Shown: positions 16,821-27,254, numbered from the stretch's first letter. The stretch is DNA of 63,986 bases from Actinomycetota bacterium (GCA_016781135.1 JADDQY010000090.1:1-63986); one strand, 5' to 3'. The notes: generated by a model not told the origin, from the sequence alone. A program made the numbers and translations.

Positions 16821-17507
16821 TCAACCGGTGGGGAGACCCCCTCCGGGCCGGGTTGCCCGCCAGTAGCGCAGCGTCAGCACGGACAACCCGGCAGCCACCG
16901 CCAGCAGGCCTCCGATGACCACCGCCACCAGCCTGCCGGTGCTCAACCCCGAGGTGCTCGCCGCCTGCTCGGCCGACAACCTCGACGAGGTGGTCGACGT
17001 CGGGGCGTCGACCACGGGCTGCACCGACGTGGTGGTCAGCATGTCGAGCGACGGGGACGTCGTCGTGCTGCGACCGGTGCCCGAGCGAGAGCTGGCCCCG
17101 GCGGTCGCCGCCGTCGTCGTCGTGTTCCGCCGGACCGACCGCGCCGTCGAGGTCGATGTCGGTGCGCGCCGTGCCGTGGTGGTCGAGGTCTTGCTCGCCG
17201 AGGCGCTGCCGGCGGTGGTCGTGGTGTTGTCGAGGGTCGTCGTCCCGCGCAGCGTGGTCGACGTCGCCTCTGCGTCGGGCCTGGAGGTGGTCGACGAGGA
17301 CGGCACCGAGGTCGGGGGGAGGCTGACCACCTGGGCGGGAGCCGGGGCGGCCGACCCCGCGGCGAAGACCACGACCAGGGCAGCGGCGACGGCGGCGAGG
17401 TGCGCCCGCCGGGCCGCGACCGTGCCGGGCGGCTGGGGAGGCTCGAGGCTGCGGCTGTCCCGCCACCGCCGTGGCCCCGCGCGCCGCTGCCCCCCCACCT
17501 CGAGCAT
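16821..17507 (-). CDS. Secreted or membrane-anchored Thr/Ser-rich protein
   Basis: Signal-like AAVAAALVVVFAAGSAAPAPA, long T/S-rich stalk, C-terminal TM then RYWRATRP. Start uncertain. Confidence 0.65.
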   Translation of the reverse strand: MLEVGGQRRAGPRRWRDSRSLEPPQPPGTVAARRAHLAAVAAALVVVFAAGSAAPAPAQVVSLPPTSVPSSSTTSRPDAEATSTTLRGTTTLDNTTTTAGSASASKTSTTTARRAPTSTSTARSVRRNTTTTAATAGASSRSGTGRSTTTSPSLDMLTTTSVQPVVDAPTSTTSSRLSAEQAASTSGLSTGRLVAVVIGGLLAVAAGLSVLTLRYWRATRPGGGLPTG

Positions 17508-17533
17508 GGTAGGAGCTGCCGGGCCCCGACGGC

Positions 17534-18316
17534 CTACACCTGGTGGCGCGGGCACGACCACGTCGTCCGCCCGCCGATGGTCCGTCGCACCAGGGAGGCG
17601 CCGTCGCGCGGGCACCGGCCGCCGGGCACACGGCTGGCCTGGAGGCTCCCGGTGTGCGAGCCGCCGCCGGCGATGAGGTCGGCCAGGGTCCCGACGAGAT
17701 GGCGGTGGAGCCGGCGCAGCTCGGCCGGGCTCAACGACCCCGCGGGCCGCCCGGGGTCGAGCCCGGCCCGGAACAGGATCTCGTCGGCGGCGAGGTTCCC
17801 CACTCCGGCGAGGCGCGCCTGGTCCATGAGCCGGGCCTTCAGTGGAGCGGTGCTGGCATCCAGCACCCGGCGCAGCCCGCTGGCGGTCACGGCCAGGCCG
17901 TCGACGCCCAGCCGGGATTCGTCGGGGTCGAGGAACACCCCGCCGAGGCGCCGGGGATCGCGCACTCGCAGATCCCCGCCGTCGACGAACTCGACCCGGA
18001 GGCGGTCCCAGCCGACCTCGTCGCGAGTGCTGGCGTACACCAGGTCATCCACTCCGGCGGACCCGTCGACCAGCAGTCGCCCGGTCATGCCGAAGCGCAG
18101 GCCGAGGGTCTGTCCGCCGGCGACGTCGAGCAGCAGCAGCTTGCCGATGCGGCGAACGGCCACGAAGGACCGACCGGTGAGCGCCTCCTCCAACCCCGCC
18201 GTCGACAACCCGCCCTTCAGGTACCAGGCATCAGGCGCGACCACCGCCGCCACCGGGCGCCCGAGGGCGCCGGCGGCCAGTCGCCGGTAGTGCTCGACCT
18301 CGGCCAGTTCGGGCAG
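17534..18316 (-). CDS. Fpg/Nei-family DNA glycosylase (probable CTG start)
   Basis: PELAEVE N-terminus, R.GKLL, RFGMTG, DPRRLG, H2TH LMDQ..LAGVGNL.ADE.LF, C-terminal CPRD..CPRH finger. Confidence 0.9.
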   Translation of the reverse strand: MPELAEVEHYRRLAAGALGRPVAAVVAPDAWYLKGGLSTAGLEEALTGRSFVAVRRIGKLLLLDVAGGQTLGLRFGMTGRLLVDGSAGVDDLVYASTRDEVGWDRLRVEFVDGGDLRVRDPRRLGGVFLDPDESRLGVDGLAVTASGLRRVLDASTAPLKARLMDQARLAGVGNLAADEILFRAGLDPGRPAGSLSPAELRRLHRHLVGTLADLIAGGGSHTGSLQASRVPGGRCPRDGASLVRRTIGGRTTWSCPRHQV

Positions 18317-18350
18317 GTGGAGCCCCGGGCTCAGCGCAGCGGCGGGCGGA

Positions 18351-19580
18351 TCAGCACCGGCGGTCGGGGTCGGCGAGCGACGGGGCTTCGGCGACGGTGG
18401 CCAGGGCGCCGGCGACGTCGCCGACGATGTCGTCGGCGTGCTCGAGGCCGATCGACATCCGCACCAGGCCGTCGCCGATCTCCATGGCGGCGCGCTCCTC
18501 TGGGGAGAGGTTGGCCGCGGTGGTGGATGCGGGATGGGTGACCAGGGTCTCGGGCCCGCCCAGGGAAGGCGCCAGGTGGGCGAGGGTGACGGACTCGACG
18601 AAGCGCCGGCCCGCCTCCCACCCCCCCGCCAGCTCGAAGCTGACCATCCCACCGCCGGTGACCATCTGGCGCTTGGCCAGGTCGCGCTGGGGGTGCGAAT
18701 CGAGCCCGGGGTAGCTCACTCTCAGCACGACCGGGTGCCCTTCCAGGAACTCCGCCACTCGCTGCGCCGACTCGCTCTGCTGCCGGGCGCGCACAGGAAG
18801 TGTGCGCAGCCCGCGCAAGGCGTTGTGAGCGTCGTACGGCGAGGCAGTGGCGCCGTGGATCGTGTGGTAGCTCCAGATCCACTGGACGAGATCCTCGGCC
18901 CCGGCGACGACGCCGAGGGTGGCGTCGTTGTGCCCGGCCAGGCCCTTGGTGGCCGAGTGGACGACGAGATCGCAGCCGTGCTCGAGCGGGCGCTGCACCA
19001 GCGGGCCGGCGAGGGTGGAGTCGACCACTCGCAAGGGCCCCCGCAGCGCCCCGAGGGCATCGAGGTCGACGAGTTGGAGCAGGGGGTTGGCGGGCGTCTC
19101 CACGAAGACCATGACGGTGCGCCCGGGGATGACGGCGGCGGCCATAGCGGCGGCGTCAGTCCCGTCGACCAGGGTGACATCGATGCCGAAGCGGGGGCAC
19201 ACGGCTTGGAACAACAGCGCAGTCGAGGAGAAAAGCTGGCGCTGGGCGACGATGTGGTCGCCGCTCGAGCACAGGGCCAGCGCCAGCGACGAGATCGCGC
19301 CCATGCCCGAGGCGAAGGCCTGCGCCGCCTCGGCTCCCTCCAGCTCGGCCACCGCGTCCTCGAACGACCGCACCGTCGGATTGCCGTAACGGCTGTAGAA
19401 GCTCTTCGGTCGGGGCGAGGTGGCCAGGCGCAGGCTCTCCTCGACGGTGGAGGTCTCAAAGGTGCTCGACGCCCACAACGGGGGGGCCAGCGACCTTCCA
19501 TGCTCGGCCCTCCCGGCCACGATGGCACGGGTCTCGATGTGACAGGTCGCCGGGCGTCGGTGCTCGTGGTCTTCGGTCAC
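18351..19580 (-). CDS. PLP-dependent Cys/Met metabolism enzyme (cystathionine gamma-synthase / O-acylhomoserine sulfhydrylase family)
   Basis: YSRYGNPT, FASGMGA, ETPANP, HSATK.L.GH, SLGGPETL..HPA, RMSIGLE. GTG start overlaps the metX stop. Confidence 0.92.
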   Translation of the reverse strand: MTEDHEHRRPATCHIETRAIVAGRAEHGRSLAPPLWASSTFETSTVEESLRLATSPRPKSFYSRYGNPTVRSFEDAVAELEGAEAAQAFASGMGAISSLALALCSSGDHIVAQRQLFSSTALLFQAVCPRFGIDVTLVDGTDAAAMAAAVIPGRTVMVFVETPANPLLQLVDLDALGALRGPLRVVDSTLAGPLVQRPLEHGCDLVVHSATKGLAGHNDATLGVVAGAEDLVQWIWSYHTIHGATASPYDAHNALRGLRTLPVRARQQSESAQRVAEFLEGHPVVLRVSYPGLDSHPQRDLAKRQMVTGGGMVSFELAGGWEAGRRFVESVTLAHLAPSLGGPETLVTHPASTTAANLSPEERAAMEIGDGLVRMSIGLEHADDIVGDVAGALATVAEAPSLADPDRRC

Positions 19581-20755
19581 CGGTGCTCCGACTTCTCCAC
19601 CCCGGCGAGGAACGGGGACAACGCCGCGCCGACCTGATCGAGCTCGAGGAGGAACCCGTCGTGGCCGTGACGACTGTCGATCTCCACGTATTCGCTGGCG
19701 CAGCCCCCGCCGGCGAGCAGCTCGCACAGCTGGCGCTGCTGGTAGGTGGGGTACAGGGTGTCCGAGGAGATCCCCATGATCAAGGTCGGCGCCGAGATGC
19801 GGGCGAGCGCCTCCCGCAGGCCGCCTCGGCCCCGGGCCAGGTCGTGCAGGTCCATCGCCTTGGTCAGGCAAAGGTAGGAGTTGGCATCGAATCGCCGGGC
19901 CAGCTTGGCCCCGTGGTACTCGAGGTAACGCTCCACCTGGAAGCGCTGCCACAACGAGAAGCCGTCGAGCGGCTCGACCACCTCGCGCCCGAAACGGTCG
20001 GTGAAGACGTCGTCGCTGCGGTAGGTAATCTGGGCGATGCTGCGGGCCAGGGCCAGACCCTCGGCCGGCCCCTCACCAGGGAGGGCGTCGTAGTAGTCGC
20101 CCCCCCGCCACCGGGGATCGAGGCGGATGGCCTTGCGCCCGGCGCTGCCGAAGGCGATCTGCTGAGCGCTGGCCGCGGCCGAGGTGGCGATGGGTACGAG
20201 CGAGCGCACCCGCTCGGGGAACATCACCCCCCACTCGAGCACCTGCATCCCGCCCATCGAGCCTCCAACCACGCACAGCCAGCGGTCGACGCCGAGGTCA
20301 CGGGCCACCGCCACCTGGGTGCGGACCATGTCGCGCACCGACACCACCGGGAACGCCGACCCGTAGGGGCGGGCGTCGGGATCGCCGGACACCGGCGAGG
20401 CGGGCCCGGTGCTGCCCTGGCACCCACCGAGCACGTTGGCGCAGACCACGAACCAACGGTCGGTGTCGAGCGCTCGACCGGGCCCGATGAGCCCGTCCCA
20501 CCAACCCGGGGCGGCGTGGCCGGGGCCAGCGCCGCCCGCGGCATGCGAGTCACCGGTGAGGGCGTGGCACACCAATACGGCGTTGCCGGCATCGGGCGCC
20601 AGCTCGCCCCAGGTCTCGTAGGCCACCGAGATGGACCGCAGCTGGCCGCCGCCTTCGAGGACGAAGGGCCGATCGACGGCCACCGTGGCGAAGCGGCGCC
20701 GCCCGACCGGGTCGCCCGGGCGCCAGGCACCGGTGGCAGGAAGGGCGGCGGGCAT
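19577..20755 (-). CDS. metX: Homoserine O-acetyltransferase
   Basis: CHALTGDSH, NVLGGCQGSTGP, GGSMGGMQ, RFDANSY, HGHDGFL. Confidence 0.93.
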   Translation of the reverse strand: MPAALPATGAWRPGDPVGRRRFATVAVDRPFVLEGGGQLRSISVAYETWGELAPDAGNAVLVCHALTGDSHAAGGAGPGHAAPGWWDGLIGPGRALDTDRWFVVCANVLGGCQGSTGPASPVSGDPDARPYGSAFPVVSVRDMVRTQVAVARDLGVDRWLCVVGGSMGGMQVLEWGVMFPERVRSLVPIATSAAASAQQIAFGSAGRKAIRLDPRWRGGDYYDALPGEGPAEGLALARSIAQITYRSDDVFTDRFGREVVEPLDGFSLWQRFQVERYLEYHGAKLARRFDANSYLCLTKAMDLHDLARGRGGLREALARISAPTLIMGISSDTLYPTYQQRQLCELLAGGGCASEYVEIDSRHGHDGFLLELDQVGAALSPFLAGVEKSEHR

Positions 20756-20859
20756 CGTCGCCGAGCGTACTTGCGGGTGCCTACCTCCCCCAGCGGATAG
20801 CGCCGCGCCGGGACGCACCGACACCGGCCGGGCCACATCCCCCGGGTAGCGTCGCCCGG

Positions 20860-21798
20860 GTGCCGGCGCTGCGACCGTTCCGCTTCGGGCTGTCGCTCGC
20901 CGGCTTCGACCACGGCCACGACTGGCCCGAGACGGCGCGCCGGGTGGAGGAGCTCGGCTACTCGACCATGGCTGTGCCCGACCACCTCGGCGACCAGCTG
21001 GCCCCCCTTCCGGCCATCGCCGTGGCCGCCGCCGCCACCACCACGCTGCGGGTGGGCACCTTCGTCCTCGACAACGACTACCGCCACCCGGTGGTCCTGG
21101 CGAAGGAGGCGGCCACCGTCGACCTCCTCTCGGGCGGACGTCTCGAGCTCGGCATCGGCGCGGGGTGGCGCAAGGAGGAGTACGACCGGGCGGGCATCGC
21201 CTTCGAGCCCGGCCGGTTGCGGGTCGAGCGGCTGGAGGAGGCGGTGGCCGTGCTCAAAGGACTGTGGTCGGGCGAGCCCTTCAGCTTCTCGGGTCGTCAC
21301 TACCAGGTGGCTGGGATGGAGGGACGCCCCCTGCCCGCTCGAGCCGGTGGGCCCCCGTTGTTCATCGGCGGCGGCGGCCCTCGCCTCCTGGCCCTCGCCG
21401 GCCACCACGCCGACATCGTCGGGCTGGCACCGCGTGCCCGACGGGACGGCGTGCTGGAGCTTGACATCTCGCCCGATGCCACCGAGGCGAAGCTGGCTGC
21501 GGTGCGCAGCGCCGCCGGCGAGCGCTTCGCCGGACTCGAGGTGCACGTGCTCATCCTGGTGGTGGAGGTGACCGATGACCGGGCCCGCCGCCAGCAGCGA
21601 GCCGAGGAGCTGGCCGGGCGGTGGGGCATGGCGCCGGAGGCGGTGCTCGCCAGCCCCCACGTCGTGCTCGGCTCGGTCGCCCAGGCCGCCGAGCACCTGT
21701 ACGCCGCTCGCGAGCGCTATGGGATCTCCTATGTCACCGTGCCCGAACCGGCGCTGTCGTCGTTCGCGCCAGTGGTGGACCGCCTCGCCGGGACCTGA
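20860..21798 (+). CDS. LLM-class F420-dependent oxidoreductase
   Basis: PFRFG..PDHLGDQLAP..GTFVLDNDYRHPVVLAKEAATVD.LSGGRLELGIGAGW. Confidence 0.9.
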   Translation: MPALRPFRFGLSLAGFDHGHDWPETARRVEELGYSTMAVPDHLGDQLAPLPAIAVAAAATTTLRVGTFVLDNDYRHPVVLAKEAATVDLLSGGRLELGIGAGWRKEEYDRAGIAFEPGRLRVERLEEAVAVLKGLWSGEPFSFSGRHYQVAGMEGRPLPARAGGPPLFIGGGGPRLLALAGHHADIVGLAPRARRDGVLELDISPDATEAKLAAVRSAAGERFAGLEVHVLILVVEVTDDRARRQQRAEELAGRWGMAPEAVLASPHVVLGSVAQAAEHLYAARERYGISYVTVPEPALSSFAPVVDRLAGT

Positions 21799-21819
21799 CG
21801 AGCGACGGGATTGCGTGGA

Positions 21820-23592
21820 TCAGGAGCCGAGCCGGGAGGTACGGGGCAGACGAGCGGCCCACCACGGGCACAGGGTCGACGGGTCGGCCCGGAAGGCCCG
21901 GCAGCTGGCGGCGGCGGCGGCGAGCAGCTCCCGGTGGCGTTCGGCCTCGTTCCCCGCTGCCGACGCCCGACACACGGCGGCGGCGGCGGCGTCCCAGTCG
22001 GGTCCGGCGGCGGGAAGGGGCACGGCCCGCAGCTGGGCGGCGCCGAGCTTGATGGCATCGGCGGCGAGCGCCGCCCCTCCCCAGTGACGCAGCGCCCAGG
22101 CGGTCACCACCGGCGACAGCAGCACGGCGGCGGCGTGCCAGAGACGCCCGACGGGCGCGACCACGCTCAACAGTGGCGTCGACGGAAGCCAGGTGCCGGA
22201 CACGTCGACGGCGGCCTCGACCACCCGGGTCTGGGTGGCGACGACGATCTTGGGCACCAGGCGGGCCCGGCCCCAGGCGCCGAGGTCGCTCTCGAGCTCA
22301 AGGCGAGCCAGGTCGACCCGGGGAGCGCGCCAACGGCACCCGTGGTGGCGGGTGACGCGATGCCCCCAGCGGCAGACGGCGGGGTCGACAAGGCCGCTGG
22401 TGACCAGGCGGGGGTAGAGCGAGTCGGCGAGGGAGCCGCCGGGATCGTCGACGACGAAAGGAGCTACGCCGTAGTACTGCTGGCGGAAGTCGGCGTACAC
22501 CCCGCACCACTGCCCAAGGGTGCCGAAGGACGAGAACCGGCACTCGGGCACCTCGGCGATGGCGACCACCAGGTGGGACCACGTCGTGGCCGCCGCCAGC
22601 GCACGGGGGTCGACGTCGACCTCGTCCACCACTGCCGCCGGCAGCCCCCGGCACACCCGCAGGGTGCTGGGACGAGCACCGCCACGGCGCACCACGGCGA
22701 CGCACACTTGCACGGAAGCGTCGAAGACTGGCGTCGACGGGAGCCACAGCACCTCCAGGGAGGCCTCGCTGGCCACCGCCGTCCGGGCCGGGGCGGCGTC
22801 GCGGGTGGCGAGGAACGACTGGGGTAACACGAGGGCGACGGTCCCGCCCGGTCGCACCAGGCGGGTGCCAGCGACGAGGAACAGCACGGCGGCGTCGACC
22901 AAGCCCCGGGCGAGCGGACCGAAGCGCCGGCGGAGCTCGGCGGCCTCGACCCGGCTCCGAGCCGTCGCCCGGGAGAGCTGGCCGAGGAACGGGGGGTTGC
23001 CGACCACGACGTGCGGGCGCGCCGGCCAGTCGCCGGGGTCGAGCACCAAGGCGTCATCCACCACCACCCGGGGGACGGCGCTCCCGCCGCACCACAGCGC
23101 CAGTGCCGCCTCGCTCACCGCTGCCGCCACCGGATCGATGTCGGCGCCGATGAGGCACCGCTGCACCACCCGGGCCGGGGACAGCCCCTGTCCGGCCAGG
23201 GCGGCGGCGGCGGCGAGGAGGAACGCGCCCCCACCTACCGCCGGATCGCAGATCACCGGCTCGTCGACCTGGAGGCCGTCGAGGGCCCAGGCCACCATCG
23301 TGGCCGCTACCACCGAAGGGGTGTAGAAGGCGCCTCCAGCCCGTCGTCCCTCGACATCGAGCAGCGACTCGTAGACGGCACCGAGGAGCCACGGCGTGGG
23401 CTCGCACCCCTCGAGCTCGACGTCAACGGGAGGCCCCCATCGCGACACCAGGCTCAGGGCGGGCAGCTCCACGGCCAGGGCCCCCTGGACCGCGGTGGCA
23501 ACGCCCGCCACCACTCGGGCCCGGGCCGTCGCCGGAGTGCAACCGCCGGCGACGAGGCCGGCGTAGGCCTGCCGTGGCCCGGAAGGGAGCAC
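21820..23592 (-). CDS. N6-adenine DNA methyltransferase with TaqI-like C-terminal domain
   Basis: GAFYTP, DPAVGGGAFL (motif I), GADID, VGNPPF (motif IV), PKIVVATQ. Confidence 0.85.
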   Translation of the reverse strand: MLPSGPRQAYAGLVAGGCTPATARARVVAGVATAVQGALAVELPALSLVSRWGPPVDVELEGCEPTPWLLGAVYESLLDVEGRRAGGAFYTPSVVAATMVAWALDGLQVDEPVICDPAVGGGAFLLAAAAALAGQGLSPARVVQRCLIGADIDPVAAAVSEAALALWCGGSAVPRVVVDDALVLDPGDWPARPHVVVGNPPFLGQLSRATARSRVEAAELRRRFGPLARGLVDAAVLFLVAGTRLVRPGGTVALVLPQSFLATRDAAPARTAVASEASLEVLWLPSTPVFDASVQVCVAVVRRGGARPSTLRVCRGLPAAVVDEVDVDPRALAAATTWSHLVVAIAEVPECRFSSFGTLGQWCGVYADFRQQYYGVAPFVVDDPGGSLADSLYPRLVTSGLVDPAVCRWGHRVTRHHGCRWRAPRVDLARLELESDLGAWGRARLVPKIVVATQTRVVEAAVDVSGTWLPSTPLLSVVAPVGRLWHAAAVLLSPVVTAWALRHWGGAALAADAIKLGAAQLRAVPLPAAGPDWDAAAAAVCRASAAGNEAERHRELLAAAAASCRAFRADPSTLCPWWAARLPRTSRLGS

Positions 23593-23614
23593 GGGCCCGG
23601 TCAGAGGCGGGCCG

Positions 23615-24793
23615 TCAGACGAGGGTGCCGGTCTCGGTGAGCTCGTCCTTCCAGGCAGCCAGATCGGCCAGGCGGGCGTCGTTGGAGAAGACCTCCACGA
23701 GCGGAAGGTCGAGGCCCAGGCGCTTCTGCATCTGGCGCACGTCGCGCTCCTGGTCCCACAGGACCAGCGTGGCCGCCACGCCCGTGGTGCCGGCCCGGGC
23801 GGTACGCCCCGATCGGTGGACGTAGGCCTTGTGGTCCTCGGGCGGGTCGTAGTGCACCACTACGTCGATCTCGTCGACGTGGATGCCTCGGGCGGCCACG
23901 TCGGTGGCCACCAGCACGTGCAGCTTCCCGGCGGCGAAGTCCCGCAGCGCCCGCTCCCTGGCGCTCTGGCGCAGGTCGCCGTGGATGGGCTGGGCGGCGA
24001 CGCCTTCACGGGCGAGCTGGAGGGCAAGGCGGTCGGCCCCCCGCTTGGTGCGCACGAAGATCAGGCAGCGCTCGCTGCCCCGGGCGATCGCCGCCGCCAC
24101 CCGCACCTTGTCCATCTGGTGCACGAGGAAGAAGCGGTGCTCCATGTCATCGACGTCGACGCGATCGGACTCGACCTCGTGGAACGCCGGCTCGTGCATG
24201 TGCACCCGGACCACGTGATCGACGTCGCCGTCGAGCGTGGCCGAGAACAGCATGGTCTGGTGGGGGCCGACGACACGGCGGAGGATCCATTCGACCTGGG
24301 GCAGGAAGCCCATGTCGGCCATCCGGTCGGCCTCGTCGAGCACGACGGTGCCGACGTCGGCGAGGGAGACCGCGCCCCGGTCGATGAGGTCGATGAGCCG
24401 GCCCGGCGTGGCCACGACGATGTCGATGCCGCGCCGCAGCGCCGTCGACTGGCGGTCGAGGTCGGTGCCGCCGTAGACCGCCCTCACCGTACGGCCCCGG
24501 ACCTTGCCCAGGGGAGCGAGCTCGGCGGCGACCTGGGTGGCCAGCTCCCTGGTAGGCACGAGGACCAGGGCACGAGGCCGGCCCGGCGCGGCCGAGTCGA
24601 CCCGCTCGACGAGGGCAAGGCCGAAGGCGAGGGTCTTGCCCGAGCCGGTCTTGGCCCTGCCGCACACGTCACGCCCGGCCAGGGCGTCGGGCAGGGTCAG
24701 GCGCTGCACGGGGAACGGCTCGGTGATCCCCCGCTCGGCGAGGGCATGGACGAGGTCGGCCGAGATGCCGAGCGCGTCGAAGGTGACGTTCAT
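23615..24793 (-). CDS. DEAD-box RNA helicase
   Basis: Q motif, TGSGKT, PTRELA, DEAD, SAT, HRSGRTAR. ATG 24793. Confidence 0.95.
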   Translation of the reverse strand: MNVTFDALGISADLVHALAERGITEPFPVQRLTLPDALAGRDVCGRAKTGSGKTLAFGLALVERVDSAAPGRPRALVLVPTRELATQVAAELAPLGKVRGRTVRAVYGGTDLDRQSTALRRGIDIVVATPGRLIDLIDRGAVSLADVGTVVLDEADRMADMGFLPQVEWILRRVVGPHQTMLFSATLDGDVDHVVRVHMHEPAFHEVESDRVDVDDMEHRFFLVHQMDKVRVAAAIARGSERCLIFVRTKRGADRLALQLAREGVAAQPIHGDLRQSARERALRDFAAGKLHVLVATDVAARGIHVDEIDVVVHYDPPEDHKAYVHRSGRTARAGTTGVAATLVLWDQERDVRQMQKRLGLDLPLVEVFSNDARLADLAAWKDELTETGTLV

Positions 24794-24927
24794 GATCTGC
24801 TCCTGTCGGATCGTGCAATGCGGTGGGTCGGCCTCGGCGACTCCGCACAGAAGCGAGAGGAGCAAGTGAGGTGACCCGCGAGGCCCGCCGGATGCAGGAC
24901 TCGCAGAACTGTCGGCCAGCCTACCCG

Positions 24928-25764
24928 TTACTCCCAGAAGTCGAGGGCACGGCGTACGGTCTGTTCGAAGTCGGCGTCGTCGAGGTCTCGGCGCAACTGG
25001 GCGATGAGCTCGGCGTCGGCGCCAACCAGTCGGCGCAGGGGGTGGGCGTGGCTCGTGGCCGCCTCGTAGACGGCGGCTGCCACGGTGGCGGGGTCACCCG
25101 GGCGGTCCCGCCCGGGCAGCCTGGCCGACGCCGCCTCCCAGCGCCGCCGCAGCCCGGCATAGGCAGAGGCATCGTCGGGGTCGGCGATCAGGCGTTGGTC
25201 GTGGAAGCCGGTGGCGAAGGTGCCGGGCTCGATGATCGCCACGCGGATCCCGAAGGGCTTGACCTCGTAGTGCAACGCCTCGCTCATCGCCTCCAGGGCG
25301 AACTTGGTGGCCGAGTAGACGCCACCGAACGGAGACGCCACCCGTCCGGCGATCGACGACACGTTGACGATCACCCCGCTTCCCTGGCGGCGCATGGCCG
25401 GGAGCACCGCCCGGCAGACCCGGAGGGGGCCGAACACGTTCGTCTCGAACAGGATCCGGGCGTAGGCATCCTCGGTCTCTTCAACTGCTCCCCACAGCCC
25501 CACGCCGGCGTTGTTCACCACTATGTCGAGGCGCCCGTAGCCGTCGAGGAGCCGGGCGACGGCGGTGTCGACCGACGCGGCATCGGTGACGTCGAGGGCG
25601 ACCACGTCGAGGTCGACCGCTTGTGCGGCGGCGGCACGACCGAGTGCGTTCGCTCGGGCGCGGTGGCGCACCCCGGCCACGACGGTCTCGCCCATCCGGG
25701 CGAAGTGCAGCGCCGTGGCCAATCCCAAGCCCCGGCTCGCACCGGTGACGAGGGCGACGCCCAT
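24928..25764 (-). CDS. SDR-family oxidoreductase
   Basis: TGASRGLG, NNAG, YSATK. Confidence 0.92.
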   Translation of the reverse strand: MGVALVTGASRGLGLATALHFARMGETVVAGVRHRARANALGRAAAAQAVDLDVVALDVTDAASVDTAVARLLDGYGRLDIVVNNAGVGLWGAVEETEDAYARILFETNVFGPLRVCRAVLPAMRRQGSGVIVNVSSIAGRVASPFGGVYSATKFALEAMSEALHYEVKPFGIRVAIIEPGTFATGFHDQRLIADPDDASAYAGLRRRWEAASARLPGRDRPGDPATVAAAVYEAATSHAHPLRRLVGADAELIAQLRRDLDDADFEQTVRRALDFWE

Positions 25765-25866
25765 CAGTGGCCGACGCCGGCCGCGGCGGGCCGACAGGAC
25801 CACGGCAGCGCTGACGCCACCGCTGCGGTCGTCGACGCCGGCTGCGGTGGCTGCATGGGCGGCTCC

Positions 25867-26847
25867 TCAGGTCGGAAGCGACAGGGTGGCGCGGGTGGAG
25901 AAGTTGGGGGAGGCCGTCCGGGCGATGACCCACTCCAGGGCGGCGACGGTCGCCGCCTCGAAGCGGTGAGGCTCGAGCCAGCACGCCCGGTGGTTGCCGA
26001 CGAGGCTGAAGACGGCGGCGCCGGGCACCGCCGCCGCCAGAGCCCGCTGCTTGGAGGGCGACACGAGCTCGTCCTCGGTGGTGACGACCACGGCGGTGGG
26101 TACGTCGATGCAAGGAGCGAACCCAGAGGGGTCGAACTCTCCCATCGCCCGCCCGGCGTCGGCAAACTGCCGGCTGTTGCCCCGCTGCAGCTCCCCGTTC
26201 AGCCACGCCTGCCAGGGGGCGAGATCGGGGGAGCGCTCCAGCGCGTCTCGCACCACCCGCTCGGCGAACCCCTCCGACGCACCGAGGCGCGACATGAGCT
26301 CGACCAGGCCGATGATCTTCCACAACACGCGCTCCCGGCGCCGGGCCCGCCAGTCGAGGCTGGTGGCCTCCAGCACCAGCCCACTGACGAGCTCGGGGTG
26401 GCGTCGCCACAGGGTCAGGGCGATCGAGCCGCCCATCGAGTAGCCGCAGACCACCGCCGGGGCGGTCCCCAGATGGCGCAGCAGCCCGGCGGCGTCGTCG
26501 GCGGCGGCCTCGAGGGAGAAGTGCTGCTGGGTGCGCAGGCCTCGCCCGTGTCCCCGGTGATCCGGGGCCACCACCTGACCGAGCGCTGACAGCGGTTCGT
26601 AGACCCGCCACCAGTTGAGGTCGGCGGAGATCACCCAGCCGTGCAGCAGCAACACCGCCGGACCACCAGCAGGGCCGGCGGTCCGGCGGTAGAACATCTC
26701 CCCTCGACCGGGAACGGTGGCCACCCGACCTTCGGGCAACGGCGGCGGTAGTGGAGGCGCTCCACCCCCGGCCTCGACCCGGCGGAGGAAGCGCCGGGCC
26801 CGAACCCAGCCCTCCCGCCAGCGGTGATGATCGACGCCCGTCCCCAT
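25867..26847 (-). CDS. Alpha/beta hydrolase
   Basis: LLLHGW, DHRGHG, GYSMGG nucleophile elbow. Confidence 0.9.
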   Translation of the reverse strand: MGTGVDHHRWREGWVRARRFLRRVEAGGGAPPLPPPLPEGRVATVPGRGEMFYRRTAGPAGGPAVLLLHGWVISADLNWWRVYEPLSALGQVVAPDHRGHGRGLRTQQHFSLEAAADDAAGLLRHLGTAPAVVCGYSMGGSIALTLWRRHPELVSGLVLEATSLDWRARRRERVLWKIIGLVELMSRLGASEGFAERVVRDALERSPDLAPWQAWLNGELQRGNSRQFADAGRAMGEFDPSGFAPCIDVPTAVVVTTEDELVSPSKQRALAAAVPGAAVFSLVGNHRACWLEPHRFEAATVAALEWVIARTASPNFSTRATLSLPT

Positions 26848-26856
26848 CCCCGGTGA

Positions 26857-27129
26857 TCAGCGCCGCGCGTAGCGGCCTCCGGCAGCGACCCGATATACGG
26901 CCAGCACGATCAGCGCCCCGACGATCGCCGAGACCCATGTGGCCAGGTCGAAGAATTGCTCGTTCACGTCGCGGCCCAGCAGGGCGTTGGCGAGGAACCC
27001 ACCGATGAGCGCCCCGACGATGCCGAGGAGCATGGTGACGATGATCCCGCCGGGGTCGTCACCGGGCATGACCGCCTTGGCGATGAGCCCGGCCAGCAGT
27101 CCCAGCACGATCCATCCGATGATGCCCAT
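26857..27129 (-). CDS. GlsB/YeaQ/YmgE transglycosylase-associated membrane protein
   Basis: MGIIGWIVLGLLAGLIAKAVMPG.DPGG...T.LLGIVGALIGG. Confidence 0.92.
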   Translation of the reverse strand: MGIIGWIVLGLLAGLIAKAVMPGDDPGGIIVTMLLGIVGALIGGFLANALLGRDVNEQFFDLATWVSAIVGALIVLAVYRVAAGGRYARR

Positions 27130-27254
27130 CTCGATCATCCTCCTTCGCCGCCGGCGCTGATCGCCGGCATGGACAACCAGTGTTCCCGTGAACGCGCGGA
27201 GTGAAACTCGTTGGACTACACCCTCCCTCCCGGATGGGTGAGGGGTGGCCGACG

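Noticed and set aside
20756-20859. SAM riboswitch upstream of metX
   Set aside because: No recognisable SAM-I or SAM-IV core, and the gap is a short divergent promoter region.
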